Shown here piece after piece: positions 39,750 through 52,300 of a stretch of 64,000 nt of DNA. The stretch comes from Azolla caroliniana (lineage: Eukaryota; Plantae; Polypodiophyta). A model generated the notes under the pieces. It saw only the letters and a program-made list of their open reading frames with translations. It searched no databases and was not told where the DNA came from. The DNA lies in the NCBI GenBank assembly GCA_043228905.1, contig JBHGNT010000002.1, forward strand, positions 930,001 through 994,000, given 5' to 3'. A program made the position numbers and the translations under genes. Positions within the stretch are counted from its first letter, which is position 1. Each line of letters opens with the position of its first letter.

Positions 39750-40573
39750 TTAATAAAAAGAGATAATAAAAGAGGGACTTGGGGACTTCATTATAAATGT
39801 GTCAATTTGTTCGCCTTCTTTCATTTGTAAATTCATTAATGCTCTTAATGAAAATATTTTAGTTGTCCCGTCAGATGGTTGATGAATCTTTCGCAAATAC
39901 TCCCATGTTTCATTTGTTGTGTGTAAGTTTCGAACATAATCGACTTGGTCGTCACTTAAGTGCATTATTATCTCCATTCTAGTGTCAAGGTCTCTGCTTT
40001 TCCACGTGCTCATCCTAGGTTCTTGTTCAGCCATTTTCATGGAACCATCTATTATATCGTTTAGATTATTACGCTCCATTATCAACTTCATCCATGTCTT
40101 CCACATCTTGTAATTGTGAGTAGTTAGTTTTTCAACTACATATTTTCTTACCATACTTGATGGATTTGTAGGATGGTGATTGTCTGATGTGGATGTGGAC
40201 AGGTTTTCTGATTCTTCTTCAAACTCAATCCAAGAACAAAATGTTTTTTGTTTTGATTGATGTCTCTAATTTTGCTCTGATACCATGTAAGAAATCAAGC
40301 AATAACACAAAAGATAGGAAGAAGATAACAGGGGGAGAGAGAGAGAGATCAAGAAACTAACAATTGTATTTCTCACACCACGTGAATAGTGGTTACAATG
40401 TGTATATAAGGAAGAAAGATATATTAACGTCTTCTAAGGCCAAAATTGGCCCATGAGACAATTAGTTTACAACAAAATGGGATATTTACCCATTCATCGA
40501 AAGTGAAAATAAAATAAAAATAAAAATAGAGCTTAAGCTAAATAGTTCTAGTAAAATAACAAACATGTTCTAC
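39750..40573 (-). mobile_element. Truncated Copia relic: 5' LTR, PBS and gag N-terminus
   Basis: LTR ~40286-40573 (TG..CA), iMet PBS (gctctgatacca, 40274-40285), gag VEKLTTHNYKMWK...LMNLQMKEGE, then abrupt truncation. Confidence 0.75.
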
Positions 40574-40934
40574 AATGAAATGGCCTTATACTAGGCCTAG
40601 TTTCATTTCCATCCAAGTCTCTTGAAAAGAAGCGGGAGGTCAAAGGGTTTCGATGTCGATGTGCCCCCCTTGTGGTCCTAATGTAGAAGGTACCCCAAAC
40701 ATAGCTTCTAGTCGGCGTACCTCACGTTTCCTTATCTTCTTAATCGTTTCTACTCCACGTCGAGTTGTTTTGAATCCCAACATCCGAGGCTATTTGATTG
40801 TTCTTTGCATTTATGCTTCCTCAAGAGAGAGGCCGAGTGGGGTAAGTGTATCCACATTCATCGTCTCCCCTTGTTCCTGAAAAATTACACTATTTACATG
40901 TTGATGAATATTAAAAGGGGTATGATTAACACAT

Positions 40935-43900
40935 TGTCAGGAATAGTACTAAAGCAGAGATGGAATTAGTACTAAGAAGAGTAGTACTATTAGTACTAAG
41001 AGGACGGGACTGCGTAAGATTCCCGAGAGAGAGGAAGTGAGAAGCGGAGAGAAAGAGAAATAGGATGATGACAACAGCTCTTATATTATATGAAAGATAA
41101 GTACAAATCGGCTAAGAGGCTTAAGACTGGTGTTGAACCAATTTGGTTCAAAACAATGCCTTGTGCCTCCTTTTATAGTGTTTTTAGGAATAATCCTGAA
41201 GCTTCTAGAATGTTCCAGAGAGATCTGGAATATACATCAATTTTCTATGATAAAGCATAAATGAAAATAATATCCTACAAAATACAATTCATAGTCTAAT
41301 GGTAAGAGCTCGACCCATGTAGCATAAGGTCATGGGTTTGAGTCTTGCCATATCATGACACTATCTCCTCCTTAAAGACGACGAGTGGAACGAGTCGGCG
41401 CTAATTGCGGACCAGGTTTGTCCGGATACTTTCGGTGGAAATCAGCAAGAAGATCTTGTGCATTGGCAACATGCTCGACGGGTTCCCAAGTACGTTCGCT
41501 CGGACTATAACCGAGCCAATCGACCAAGTAATAAAGTTTGTTGCGAACAAGTTTGGAATCGAGGATGGCAACAACTTCATACTCCGAGCCGACGTCCAAC
41601 TCTAGCGGGGGCGGCGGTGGTGTCACACGATCGGGAATGGTGTTTGCTTTATAAGGCTCAAGAAGAGAACAATGGAAAACCAGATGTATCTGAAGCTGCG
41701 GAGGGAGATCAAGGCGGAAGGTGACATCATTAATCTTCCCCGTAATACGGAAAGGACCGAGTCGTCGATAATCCAACTTGTCGCACGGTCGAGTAGTCTT
41801 GATGTGACGATGTAAGAGCCATACTCGATCTCCGATGGCAAAAGAGGAGGGAATCCGATGACGATTCACATACGTCTTCTGTGTGTGTTGAGCATGACGA
41901 AGGTGAGTAGAGAGATCCATCTGGATCTTGCGTAGCCTCTCCAAATGATCCTCGGCACGAGGGTTGGTAGGTAGCTCCGGAGTGTCGATCACCGACCAGC
42001 GAGGATGGAAACCGGTATAAGCGAAAAATGGGGAGACCCGAGTCGAGGAGTGAATAGCATTATTATACGCAAACTCCGCAAAGTGGAGAATCTCGGCCCA
42101 ATCGTCCTGTTGATAACTCAGGAAACACCGGAGATATTGCTCCAGCGTTTGGTTTGTTCGTTCCGCTTGTCCGTCGGTCTGAGGATGGTAGCCGGAGGAG
42201 AGGTTGCAGGAGACCTTGAGCATCTTGAAGAGATGCTGCCAAAATTTGGAGACAAATTGCGGGCCTCGGTCACTGATAATATTGTCTAGGAGGCCATGAT
42301 GCCGAAATACCTCACGCATAACAAGAGCGACGGTTTCCTCGCTAATGATGGCTTTAGTACATGGCACAAAATGTGCCATCTTCGTATATCGATCGACGAC
42401 GGTTAGGATAGCATCGAACCCCTTCGAGACCGGCAGATCTGTGATAAAATCAAGACAAATAGACTGCCATGTCTTACTTGGAATCGGTAAAGGTTCCAAC
42501 AAGCCATATGGATGGTGTCGTGGCATCTTTGCTCGGCAGCAAGCATCACAGGTCCGAACGTAGTCGTCGACAAAACGGCACATGTGGGGCCACCAAAAAG
42601 ATCGCTACACTAGCTCCAACGTCTTAGTACTACCGAAATGTCCCGTCGTATGGGTGTCGTGACAATGTTGGACGATTTGAAGGCGATAGGAGCAATCGGG
42701 GACATATACGCGCTTTTTAAAGAATAACAAACCATCATGATATTTGAATTGTCGGTAGTCAATACCTGGTTGTTGAGACTGAGAACAGGATGCCCGAGAA
42801 GTATCAATGTGCGCCAGGATGTCTTGAGCAAAACTATCCGTCTTCAAGGTTGCACGTATGTCATCGGTAATCCGTGAATCCATCGGGGTGTGAAAAATCC
42901 GCGTCGTGTGCAATCGTGTTGGTCCCAAGATTACTTGCTTTTGATTATCAAATGTTGCGTCACCAGGACGAGGTGCAAGATATGAACGCCGTGATAGTGC
43001 ATCTGCTTTTCCTTGCTGCTTCCCCGGTCGATATGTGATTTTGAAGTCGAAATGCGTGAGGAATTGCGCCCACCGAGCTTGCCGTCGATTTAGTAAGCGA
43101 GCGTTTTGAAAATAAGCAAGATTTTTATGATCGCTAAAGACAATGACCTAATGTGGAGAGCCCTCTAAGAAATGCCGCCATTGTACAAATGAATCCACGA
43201 TGGCTAATAACTCCTTGTCATGTATTTCGTAGTTGATTTTTGCGACATCGAATTTGCGCGAATGGAAAGCCACCGGATGCAACTCTTCTTTATCGCCTTG
43301 TTGAGAAAGGATGCTACCGAGGGCGAAATCTGATGCGTCGGCCTCCATGATGAATGGCTTGCTTGTATCCACATGAGCTAGAATCGGTGCTGATGTAAAG
43401 GCTTTCTTAAGATGCCGAAAAGCCATATCTGCTTCTATGGACCAAAGAAATGCTTGGCCCTTCTTCGTAAGTTGTGTGAGAGGTAAAATAATCTTCGAGT
43501 AATCCTGTATAAACTTACGGTAGAAGTTAGCAAAACCTAGAAAACATTGTACATCTCGTACCGACCGTGGAATTTGCCACTCTAGTACAGTTTGGATTTT
43601 AGCTGGATCCATGGCGATGCCCTTTGAGGAGATGACGTAGCCTAGAAATTCCACTTGCTTGCAGTCAAAGCTACATTTTTCTAGCTTGGCATAAAGACCA
43701 TTCTCGCGGAGTCGCTTTAGTACTAATAGTACATGAGAATCGTGCTCTTCCTGGGTCTTCGAATAAATCAACAGATCATCCAGATAAATGATCAAACAGA
43801 TATCCAAGAGGTCTCTGAATATATCATTTGCCATGTGTTGGAAGACTGTGGGTGCATTGGTTAGGCCAAACGGCATAACAGTATACTCGAAATGCCCATA

Positions 43901-46602
43901 CCGCGTGCGAAAGGCGGTCTTCCACTCATCTCCTGGTTGGATCCGCACGAGATTATACGCTCCTTGTAGGTCGATTTTAGTAAAAAACTTGGCACCATTA
44001 ACTCGCTCTAAAAGACTTGATATAAGAGGAAGTGCATACCTATTTCGGATGGTGACTTTATTCAATCCGCGGTAATCAACGACAAGACGAAGTGAGCCAT
44101 CTTTCTTCTTGACAAAGAAGATGGGTACACCGGCCGGAGATTTTGAATGGCGGATGAACTCGCTTGCCAAGTTCTCCTCTATGTAGGCTCGAAGGACTTC
44201 TAACTCGGTGGGTGACAAGTTGTAAATTGGTCCCCATGGTGGCTCGGTTCCTGGTTGTAAATCGATGGGACAGTCATAGGGACGGTGATGAGGAAGGGTA
44301 CCGGCTTTTACCTTGTCAAATACATCGGCATAAGGATGATATTTTGTTGGAAGTTGTACTGAGGAGTCCTTCTTAATAGTGTTGGAAGGATGTACTGATA
44401 TTGCAAATAGGAACATTGCCTCCTTGAGTCCTTCTTCGCGTAGTTGATGGAGTGAAATGGTCGAAACTTGGTGAGTTGATTCTTGGGGTGGTCGATATCG
44501 GACTTCTCTTGTTCTCCAATCTATGGCTGGATTATGTAATTCAAACCAAGGTAATCCTAGGACAATGGGATGCTCTGGACTACTAATTATATTAAATGAT
44601 ATTACACACACAAAACTACCTAGGACAACTTGAATGGGTTCTGATTCTTCTATAATATTCCCGGAAGCAATGGGACGACCATCAATGACTACTACAGATG
44701 CGGGACAAGGAAGTTTTCTTAAGGATATCTGAGAAGCTTGGGCAAAATTTCGATCCATGAAACAGGAATTAGCTCCGGAATCTAAAAGTGCTAGGACGGG
44801 TACTGGGGGAGTACTTTTAGTACTAACAATGACTTGGGCTAGGAACACATTGCTAACTTGCTTGGAAGGAATGGAACCACTAATGGGCTGTACAGATCTA
44901 GGGCTGCTGTCCAACCAAACGGCTCCTATTTTGGCTGGACTCAATCGTTTAACTCTTCATCTAATTGACTAAGGATTTCAAATTTATTTGAGATACTTGG
45001 GCTATTAGTACTATGAATACTATCAAACACTCTATTAATACTATTAATACTATCAGACACTCCTAAGGGAAGAATTGACTCGGGTTTAGTACAGGCTACA
45101 ATTTGATTTACCTGTCTTCTTGGCCTATGGGGACAATTGATTGCGATATGCCTTGGTCCACCGCAATAAAGACATAATCGATTTGCACGTCGTCGTTGCT
45201 TTTCTTCTTCCGATAACGGGCCGCGTCGACGCATGGTATCGATCTCCATCGGTGTCGAAGTATTTGCTTGAGGAATATCTCGTGCAAATGGTCTAGCCGC
45301 GACTGCGGCGTAAGTGGGCTCCGGCCTAGTGCGTGGTATCTGTAATTGACATTCCGAACGCCGTTCGAAGAGGCGGTTGTCACATCGAACCGCTCGACTG
45401 ATTGCCTCCGTAAGAGACTTTGGTTCTTTGGGGAAGGTTAGAAGTAGATCTTTGACATCATTTCGTAGGCCATAGCGAAACTGCTCCATTAGTGCTTGAT
45501 CATCCCAGGGTATGTCGGAAGCGAGTAGGCGGAAATCCGCCGCATAGGTAGAGGCTGGACGATCGCCTTGACACAATCGCCAGATCTTGTTGATCGCCGT
45601 CCTGATGCTGTCGGTGTCTCCAAAGCAGGCTTTGAACTCACTGATAAAATCTTCAAAGTTATTAAGCAAGGGTGATTGTTTTTCTAGAAGCGGAGTGAAC
45701 CATGCTAAGGCTGAGCCGCTAAGCAACGTGCCTATTAAGCCGACTCGGGATGCATCAGTGGGGTATCGAGAAGGATGCATTTGGAGGACTAATCGTACCT
45801 GATTAAGGAATCCCCTGAATTGCGATCGCGTTCCATCAAATTTTACAGGAAGTCCAATCTTTGGCTCTTTATGAAATCCTTGGGGACTTGATCCTTGTTG
45901 TTGCAATGCAGCTTCGAGTTGTTGCACCCGTAACGCTAACTCCCCATGTTGTTGCTGCGTTTGTTGCTTTTCTAGAGCGATTTGTTGCAGATCCCCTATC
46001 AGCCGTTGGTTTTCTTGTTCCAGGGCAACAAACTTTTCTTTTAGGCACTGTAACTCGGAGAACACGGATTGATATTCTTGGGCGCTAACAGTAGCCATAG
46101 TAGGGGAAAAAGGATAGGAGGATGAGGGAGAAGGACAAGTAGGCTGGATGAAAGAGGAAGGAAAATTGGTTCAAACTGTTAGGAATAGTACTAAAGCAGA
46201 GATGGAATTAGTACTAAGAAGAGTAGTACTATTAGTACTAAGAGGACGGGACTGCGTAAGATTCCCGAGAGAGAGGAAGTGAGAAGAGGAGAGAGAGAGA
46301 AATAGGATGATGACAGCAGCTCTTATATTATATGAAAGATAAGTACAAATCGGCTAAGAGGCTTAAGACTGGTGTTGAACCAATTTGGTTCAAAACAATG
46401 CCTTGTGCCTCCTTTTATAGTGTTTTTAGGAATAATCCTGAAGCTTCTAGAATGTTCCAGAGAGATCTGGAATATACATCAATTTTCTATGATAAAGCAT
46501 AAATGAAAATAATATCCTACAAAATACAATTCATAGTCTAATGGTAAGAGCTCGACCCATGTAGCATAAGGTCATGGGTTCGAGTCTTGCCATATCATGA
46601 CA
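40935..46602 (-). mobile_element. Ty3/Gypsy chromovirus copy B, same family as copy A, opposite orientation
   Basis: LTRs 40935-41360 and 46177-46602 (426 bp, about 5 differences). TSD CACAT/CACAG (1 mismatch). Intact gag 46098-44941. pol 44944-41372 with stops at 43148 and 42605. Inserted in the 3' end of an RTEX-like LINE ORF. Confidence 0.96.
46527..46602 (+). promoter_or_regulatory. tRNA-like Pol III A-box/B-box cassette at the U3 end of the Gypsy LTR (antisense to the element)
   Basis: TAGTCTAATGG (46534-46544) followed by TAAGAGC...AAGGTCATG and GGTTCGAGTC (46577-46586), with tRNA-like spacing. Homologous segments occur in all four LTRs. Confidence 0.62.
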
Positions 46603-47960
46603 CACAGTGTAGCTTATTCTCCCTATGTTGTTTTAGCTCTAAGATATACCTACCTCTCTTTATATCTGGGGTATCTAATAGTTTGGAGAGGGTGGGAGAG
46701 GGTCCTAATATGTCTTGGTATTCTGCCCTTATCTCGACATAGGTTGGACACTTGCATGTAAAGTGATACTCATCCTCTATCTCTATGTGACATAATCTAC
46801 ATAGCCTTTCCTCTCTAGGGACTCTAGTAGCCCGACCATTCTCAATCTCAAGTTGGTGAGATGATATCCTAAGTTGTCCAATTGCCACCCTTAGTGCATT
46901 TGATAAGAATGTATCTAGATATCTTGGTCGTGTAATAAAACCTAACTTAGACAAGTGCAAGAAGTGTTCCTTATAGTACAACATTTTAGATGGGAGTGGC
47001 TCTCGTGGGGTTATCCATGTATATCGGGTGTAAATTTGTCATATTTCTTGGCGTATTACTTTATTACGGTCTTCATGAGATATTAAAGTTTGATCAGTCC
47101 CATGGTTGTACTTAAGGGGAGGTAGGTTATTAATTTCTATGCCATTTGCAAGTAACCAACTCACTACAATGCTATACCAAGAGCTAGTGTCTCCAGACGC
47201 ATATAAGGATCGGAATGCCCAAAGGCTCGACGAGAGATCCTATCTTGTGGTTGGCTATGTATCTAATGAATAAAAACTACCACTTGGAAAAGTGCTTCTA
47301 CTAACATTAGGGGCAAACTAAACTATGCTCTAATAATGTCATGTGGTACTGTCGATTTGCTTCGGAGTTTATGTGATAACATCGTCACCAAAGGTCTCTC
47401 TAATTCTGTCCACATGAAAGATGGTAGACCTAGAGCCCATACTACTGATGCATACAGGAGGGAAGGGGTCACTAATGAGTCGAAGAGCCATCCCTTAGTC
47501 CGTGGCTCTTGAAAGTATGTCTGGTGGCATTGTCTCTCTAAGAGTGAGAGGGATGCATACCCTCTCGTTAGCCTATCTTTGGCTAGCTAGGTCATCGAGA
47601 ATTTACCTGAATGAGCACTAAAAGTGACTCCCAAGTATACATATGATCCAACTACCTCAATTGGTTTAGAGAGGATTAGGTGACATTTACTCCTTACTCA
47701 GGATGATATATAAAAGATAAGGACTTTAGTTTTCCCTAGATTCACTACCAGTCCTCATTGTGTGCAAAAGTCATCTAGGGCATTAAGATGCTTTTGTAGG
47801 TCGTGTTCAGACTCCGAGAGCAAGACGATGTCATGTGTGTAGAGTAAGAGACCAACTTGAGTACCCTGAATAGCTACTCCATTGCCTCCCTTACAAGCAA
47901 TAAAATCAGTGATCTCATCAATGTAGATCCCAAAAAGAGTTGGTGATAGGGGGCAACCCT
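46603..47960 (-). mobile_element. Decayed RTEX-like LINE, RT C-terminal half (continues to ~40810 past the Gypsy insertion)
   Basis: GCPLSPTLFGIYIDEI, YLG, QLRISSHQLEIENGR and CRLCHIEIEDEYHFTCKC. The ORF resumes in frame on the far side of Gypsy B. Confidence 0.8.
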
Positions 47961-47964
47961 ATTT

Positions 47965-49324
47965 TATGTTGACCGGCAAAGACTTACAAGCCGGATAAAG
48001 TCCAGAATGGGAAAGGGATATTTATTTTAGAACTATCTATAATTATTATATTTTGAGAAGCAAACGGACGGACCCGGATTCGGTATGCCGATCCGGATCC
48101 GGACCGGTTCGTAGCCGGTTGTCGATTGGCACCGGTGATCATCGCTGACAGTCTGAGCGCAACCATAGACTATGTAAAGGATGGCAAGAAGATGTGGACG
48201 ACGGTGGCGCAATGGCTCACTCTTTTAGCATCGCCGGTAGAGCCGATACAACAGAAGAAGTGGAGGAGACCGACTGAATCAACCCCCAACCAATCTTCAA
48301 AAAGGTAGCAACTCTTGGCTAAACAAGCGATCGGATGGAAAGTAGCCGGCTCCTCAAAGAAAGCGAAGGATCAGCCTAGTCGGAAGCGTACGATAGAGAA
48401 GGAGACACCACTGGAAACACCAGTGAGACCCTTAAAAATTAAGCTACATCAGCCCGAACAACAATCGGAACAACAACAGGAGCGAGACCCCTTGGCGGCA
48501 TTAATCAATAGCGGAACCCTAGCAGAGGAGCAGGAAGAAAAACCTGACGAGCCCCTATTACGTCGCAAATAGACATGCGACGAGGGCCACAAAGGGGAGG
48601 AATCAAGTCCGGTAAGGGACAATATACCAAAGCACCGCCCTGAGGAGCCGCAACCCAGGAAGGAGTCAGAACCAGTTCAACCAGAGCCGGTGTTAGAAGC
48701 ACCTGTGCGGCAAGAACCAGTGGAACCAGATGTTCAAAAACCGGTGATTGAATTGCCGGTGTCGCCGACGCAGTCGCAACAGCAAGAACAGGCACTACCG
48801 CCAACGACCCAGAATAGGTTCCCGGTGAGGGAGGAAGCCACACCACGACCAGAACCGACATGACAATAAAGCACCGACAGCCAATGGCTACGGTGGATAG
48901 GAGAACAAGTGGCCGAGGTGGTGTGCCAATAGAAGCAGACGAAAGAGCACACGTGGACCGGTTGCTCGCGACAACCGAAGAACTAGAGAAGGCCCGATCA
49001 AGAATCCAGAGCATGGAACAAGAAATGGAAAAGACCAGAAAAGAGGTGGCTAAGCTAGTGTAGTTCAAAACAGCGCTCGGCCACAACCGAGGAATAGGAT
49101 TACCTCACAGAAAACAGGAAATACGAAATGCACGAGGGCAATAGAGAGGAGGGTACACAGGATGTTTACGTGGAAAACCCTAAATGGGAAAAACCACGGG
49201 AGTCCTCAGACTCCAACTATCACTATGAACAGAGATGTACAATAGTGAAGCTACAAGGCAACAACCTTGAGTTCACTGTCTTCGCCACAGGCGGCGGTAA
49301 TACACAGAGGCAACGACCTCTTCG

Positions 49325-49358
<34 letters not shown>

Positions 49359-52300
49359 GGCTGCTCTCACTTCGCATAAAAAATGAGCAACAACATAAAA
49401 ACTGTTTGCCCTAAGTCATATTTATACACATATGACTTTCGGGCTATTTACAATTATAGCCTCAAGGGCCCTTGGCAAACATATTCACAAATATGTCCCC
49501 GCATCCGGATCTCTCTCCGGGTACATTCGTCATCCGGCTCCGTAACCGGGGTCTTCAGCATCCGGCTCCGTAGCCGGGGTCTTCGTCATCCGGCTCCGTA
49601 GCCAGGGTCTTCGTCATCCGGCTCCGTAGCCGGGGTCTTCGTCATCCGGCTCCGTAACCGCAACCGGGCTTGCCGTCATTCATCTCCGGACATCCCATCC
49701 GGAGGGACCGAAATCCCAACAAACTCCCCCTTCACTTCGGCATGGGATGTCTCTCCATTCCGATCCTCTTCCGGCATGCTTCCAGCTTGTCGGGTGTGAG
49801 CACTTTGGTCAGCATATCTGAGCCGTTCTCGTCCGTGTGGATCTTCGTCAGCACGAACTCCTGGTCTTCTATCCTTTCCCGGATCCAGTGGTATCTACGC
49901 TGGATGTGTTTCGTCCGGGAATGGTAGGCCGCGTTCTTCGCAAGGTGGATGGCACTCTGACTATCGCAGTAGAGTCGGTACTCCTCCTGCCGGATACCGA
50001 GCTCTCTGATGAAGTCCTTCATCCATATTATTTCCTTGCCGGCTTCAACAGCCGCCATGTACTCCGCCTCCGTGGTTGACAACGCAACCGTCTTCTGCAG
50101 CCTCGACTGCCACGAAACAGCTCCCCCTGCATACGTCATCACATACCCTGATGTGGACCGGCTGGTATCTGCATCAGCCGACATATCCGAATCGGTAAAG
50201 CCGTCGAGTTCGGGCTTACCGGAGCCGAATCGGAGGCACACGTTTGCCGTGCCCTTCAGGTATCGGAGTATCCACTTGACCGCGCTCCAGTGCTCTTTGC
50301 CGGGATTGCTCATGTACCGGCTCACCACTCCGACTGCATATCCGATGTCCGGTCTCGTACACACCATGGTGTACATCAAGCTCCCGACGGCTGAGGCATA
50401 CGGCACTTTCATCATATCCTCCTTTTCAGCCTTTGTCTTGGGACTTTGCTTGCTGGACAGCTTGCAGTTTGCCGGGAGGGTCGATCCGACCGGTCTTGCT
50501 TCCGACATGTTGAACCGTTTAAGCACCTTTGTCACGTACTTCTCCTGTGACAGCCACAACTGCTTCTTCTTCCGGTCCCGGATGATGTGCATCCCTAGTA
50601 TTTGCCTCGCCGGACCCAAGTCCTTCATTGAGAAGGTTCGGTGAAGAGCCTTCTTCAACACCCGTATCTTGACCTGGTCCCGTCCGACGATCAACATGTC
50701 GTCCACGTACAGGAGCATGGCACTTAACCACCTGCGGCTATGGGTGTCAAGCTTTGCTTCTTCAAAGCTCTCCGGCTCCCCCTCGTCGGTTAGCAGCACA
50801 TGCTCTGGTTCCGGAAATCTCCGGGGGGCCCTTCTCTCTCTTAGAGGATATCTCCGTTCCGGAGCTTCGGTAACCGGTTCTTCCGATTCTTCTTCATCCG
50901 AATCCATTTCGGGATCGGGGCCGATTCCGGTATCATTTTCATCTTCCTCGGCCGGTTCTGTTTCTTCACCGTCTTCGGCCGGATCCTCGAGTGCTAACCG
51001 GTCCCTTGCCGGTCGGGACTGCTCCTCGTAGAGTTTATCCTCACCGGTCGACTTGGAGCTCTTCATCTTCTTCTCCGACTCCCAGTCGGCGAGTGTCTTG
51101 TCCTCCATGAAGATGATATCTCGACTCCTGAAAATCTTCTTGTCGACCGGGTCCCATACTCGGTAGCCGAACTCGTCGTCGTCGTAACCGAGGAATATGC
51201 ATGGCCGGGTCTTTGGATCTAACTTTCCTCTCCGGTCCTTTGCCACATGCACGTATGCGAGACACCCGAACACCTTCAGATGCCGGTAGGACACTTCCTT
51301 ACCGGTCCACACTTTCTGCGGCGTGTCTCCGTCCAAAGGTACTGAGGGTGATCTATTTATCACATACGTCGCCGTCGACATTGCCTCAGCCCAAAAACCC
51401 TTGGGTAATTTCGCATGCGCCAACATACTCCGGACCCTCTCCATTATGGTCCGGTTCATCCTCTCGGCCAGCCCGTTCAGTTCCGGCGTCTTCGGCACAG
51501 TAAACTCGAGCCGGATTCCCTTCGAGCGACAGTACTCCTGGAACTGCCCCCGGTATTCCCCTCCGTTATCCGCTCGTATCGCTTTCAGCTTCTTGCCGGA
51601 TTCTCTTTCCACTCTCGCGTGGAGTTCTTTGAAGACGCACAACACTTGGTCCTTTGTCTTCAACGGTGCCGTCCACAGCTTCCGGCTGTGGTCATCAATG
51701 AATGTCACGAAGTACTGGGCTCCGCCATGTGACTTCGTTTCTACTTGACACACGTCAGTGTGCACCAGCTCCAATGGTGCGCTACGTCTCGTCGGTGGCC
51801 TTGAGTGGAAGGAGGTCCGGTTTTGCTTACCGGCCAGGCAATCGGTGCACTTCTGCAGATGCACATGCTTCACTGGAATGAGGTTGTCTTCTGCAAGCCT
51901 CTTCATCCCCTTCTCGCTCATGTGGCACAGTCTCTTGTGCCACAGCTCACCGGCAGTGTCGGCTGCCACGTTCAGCTCCTCCGGACATAGCCGGGAATTC
52001 ATCAGGTACAGTGTGTTGACCTTCCGGGCCCGAGCCACTATCAGGCTCCCTTTGCTGAACTTCATGACACCGTTCTGGATGCTACCCGTGTAGCCCTCAT
52101 CGTCTAGCCTCCCGGCTGAAATCAGGTTCAATCGAACCTCCGGAACGTGACGGACATCCTTCAGCAGCAGCTTGCATCCGGTTGATGTCATTAGCCACAC
52201 GTCTCCTATGCCGGCAATCCGGCATGTTCCTTCATTTCCCATCCGGACACAGCCGTGCTCACCGGCTGTGTAGGATGAGAAGTATTTCTTCTCCGGGGTC

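Noticed and set aside
49531-49670. 28-bp repeats as a CRISPR-like array
   Set aside because: Head-to-tail units without unique spacers, inside a eukaryotic LTR.
50700-50725. RT deletion as a spliced-out intron
   Set aside because: The deleted segment in element 3 has no GT...AG borders on the coding strand.
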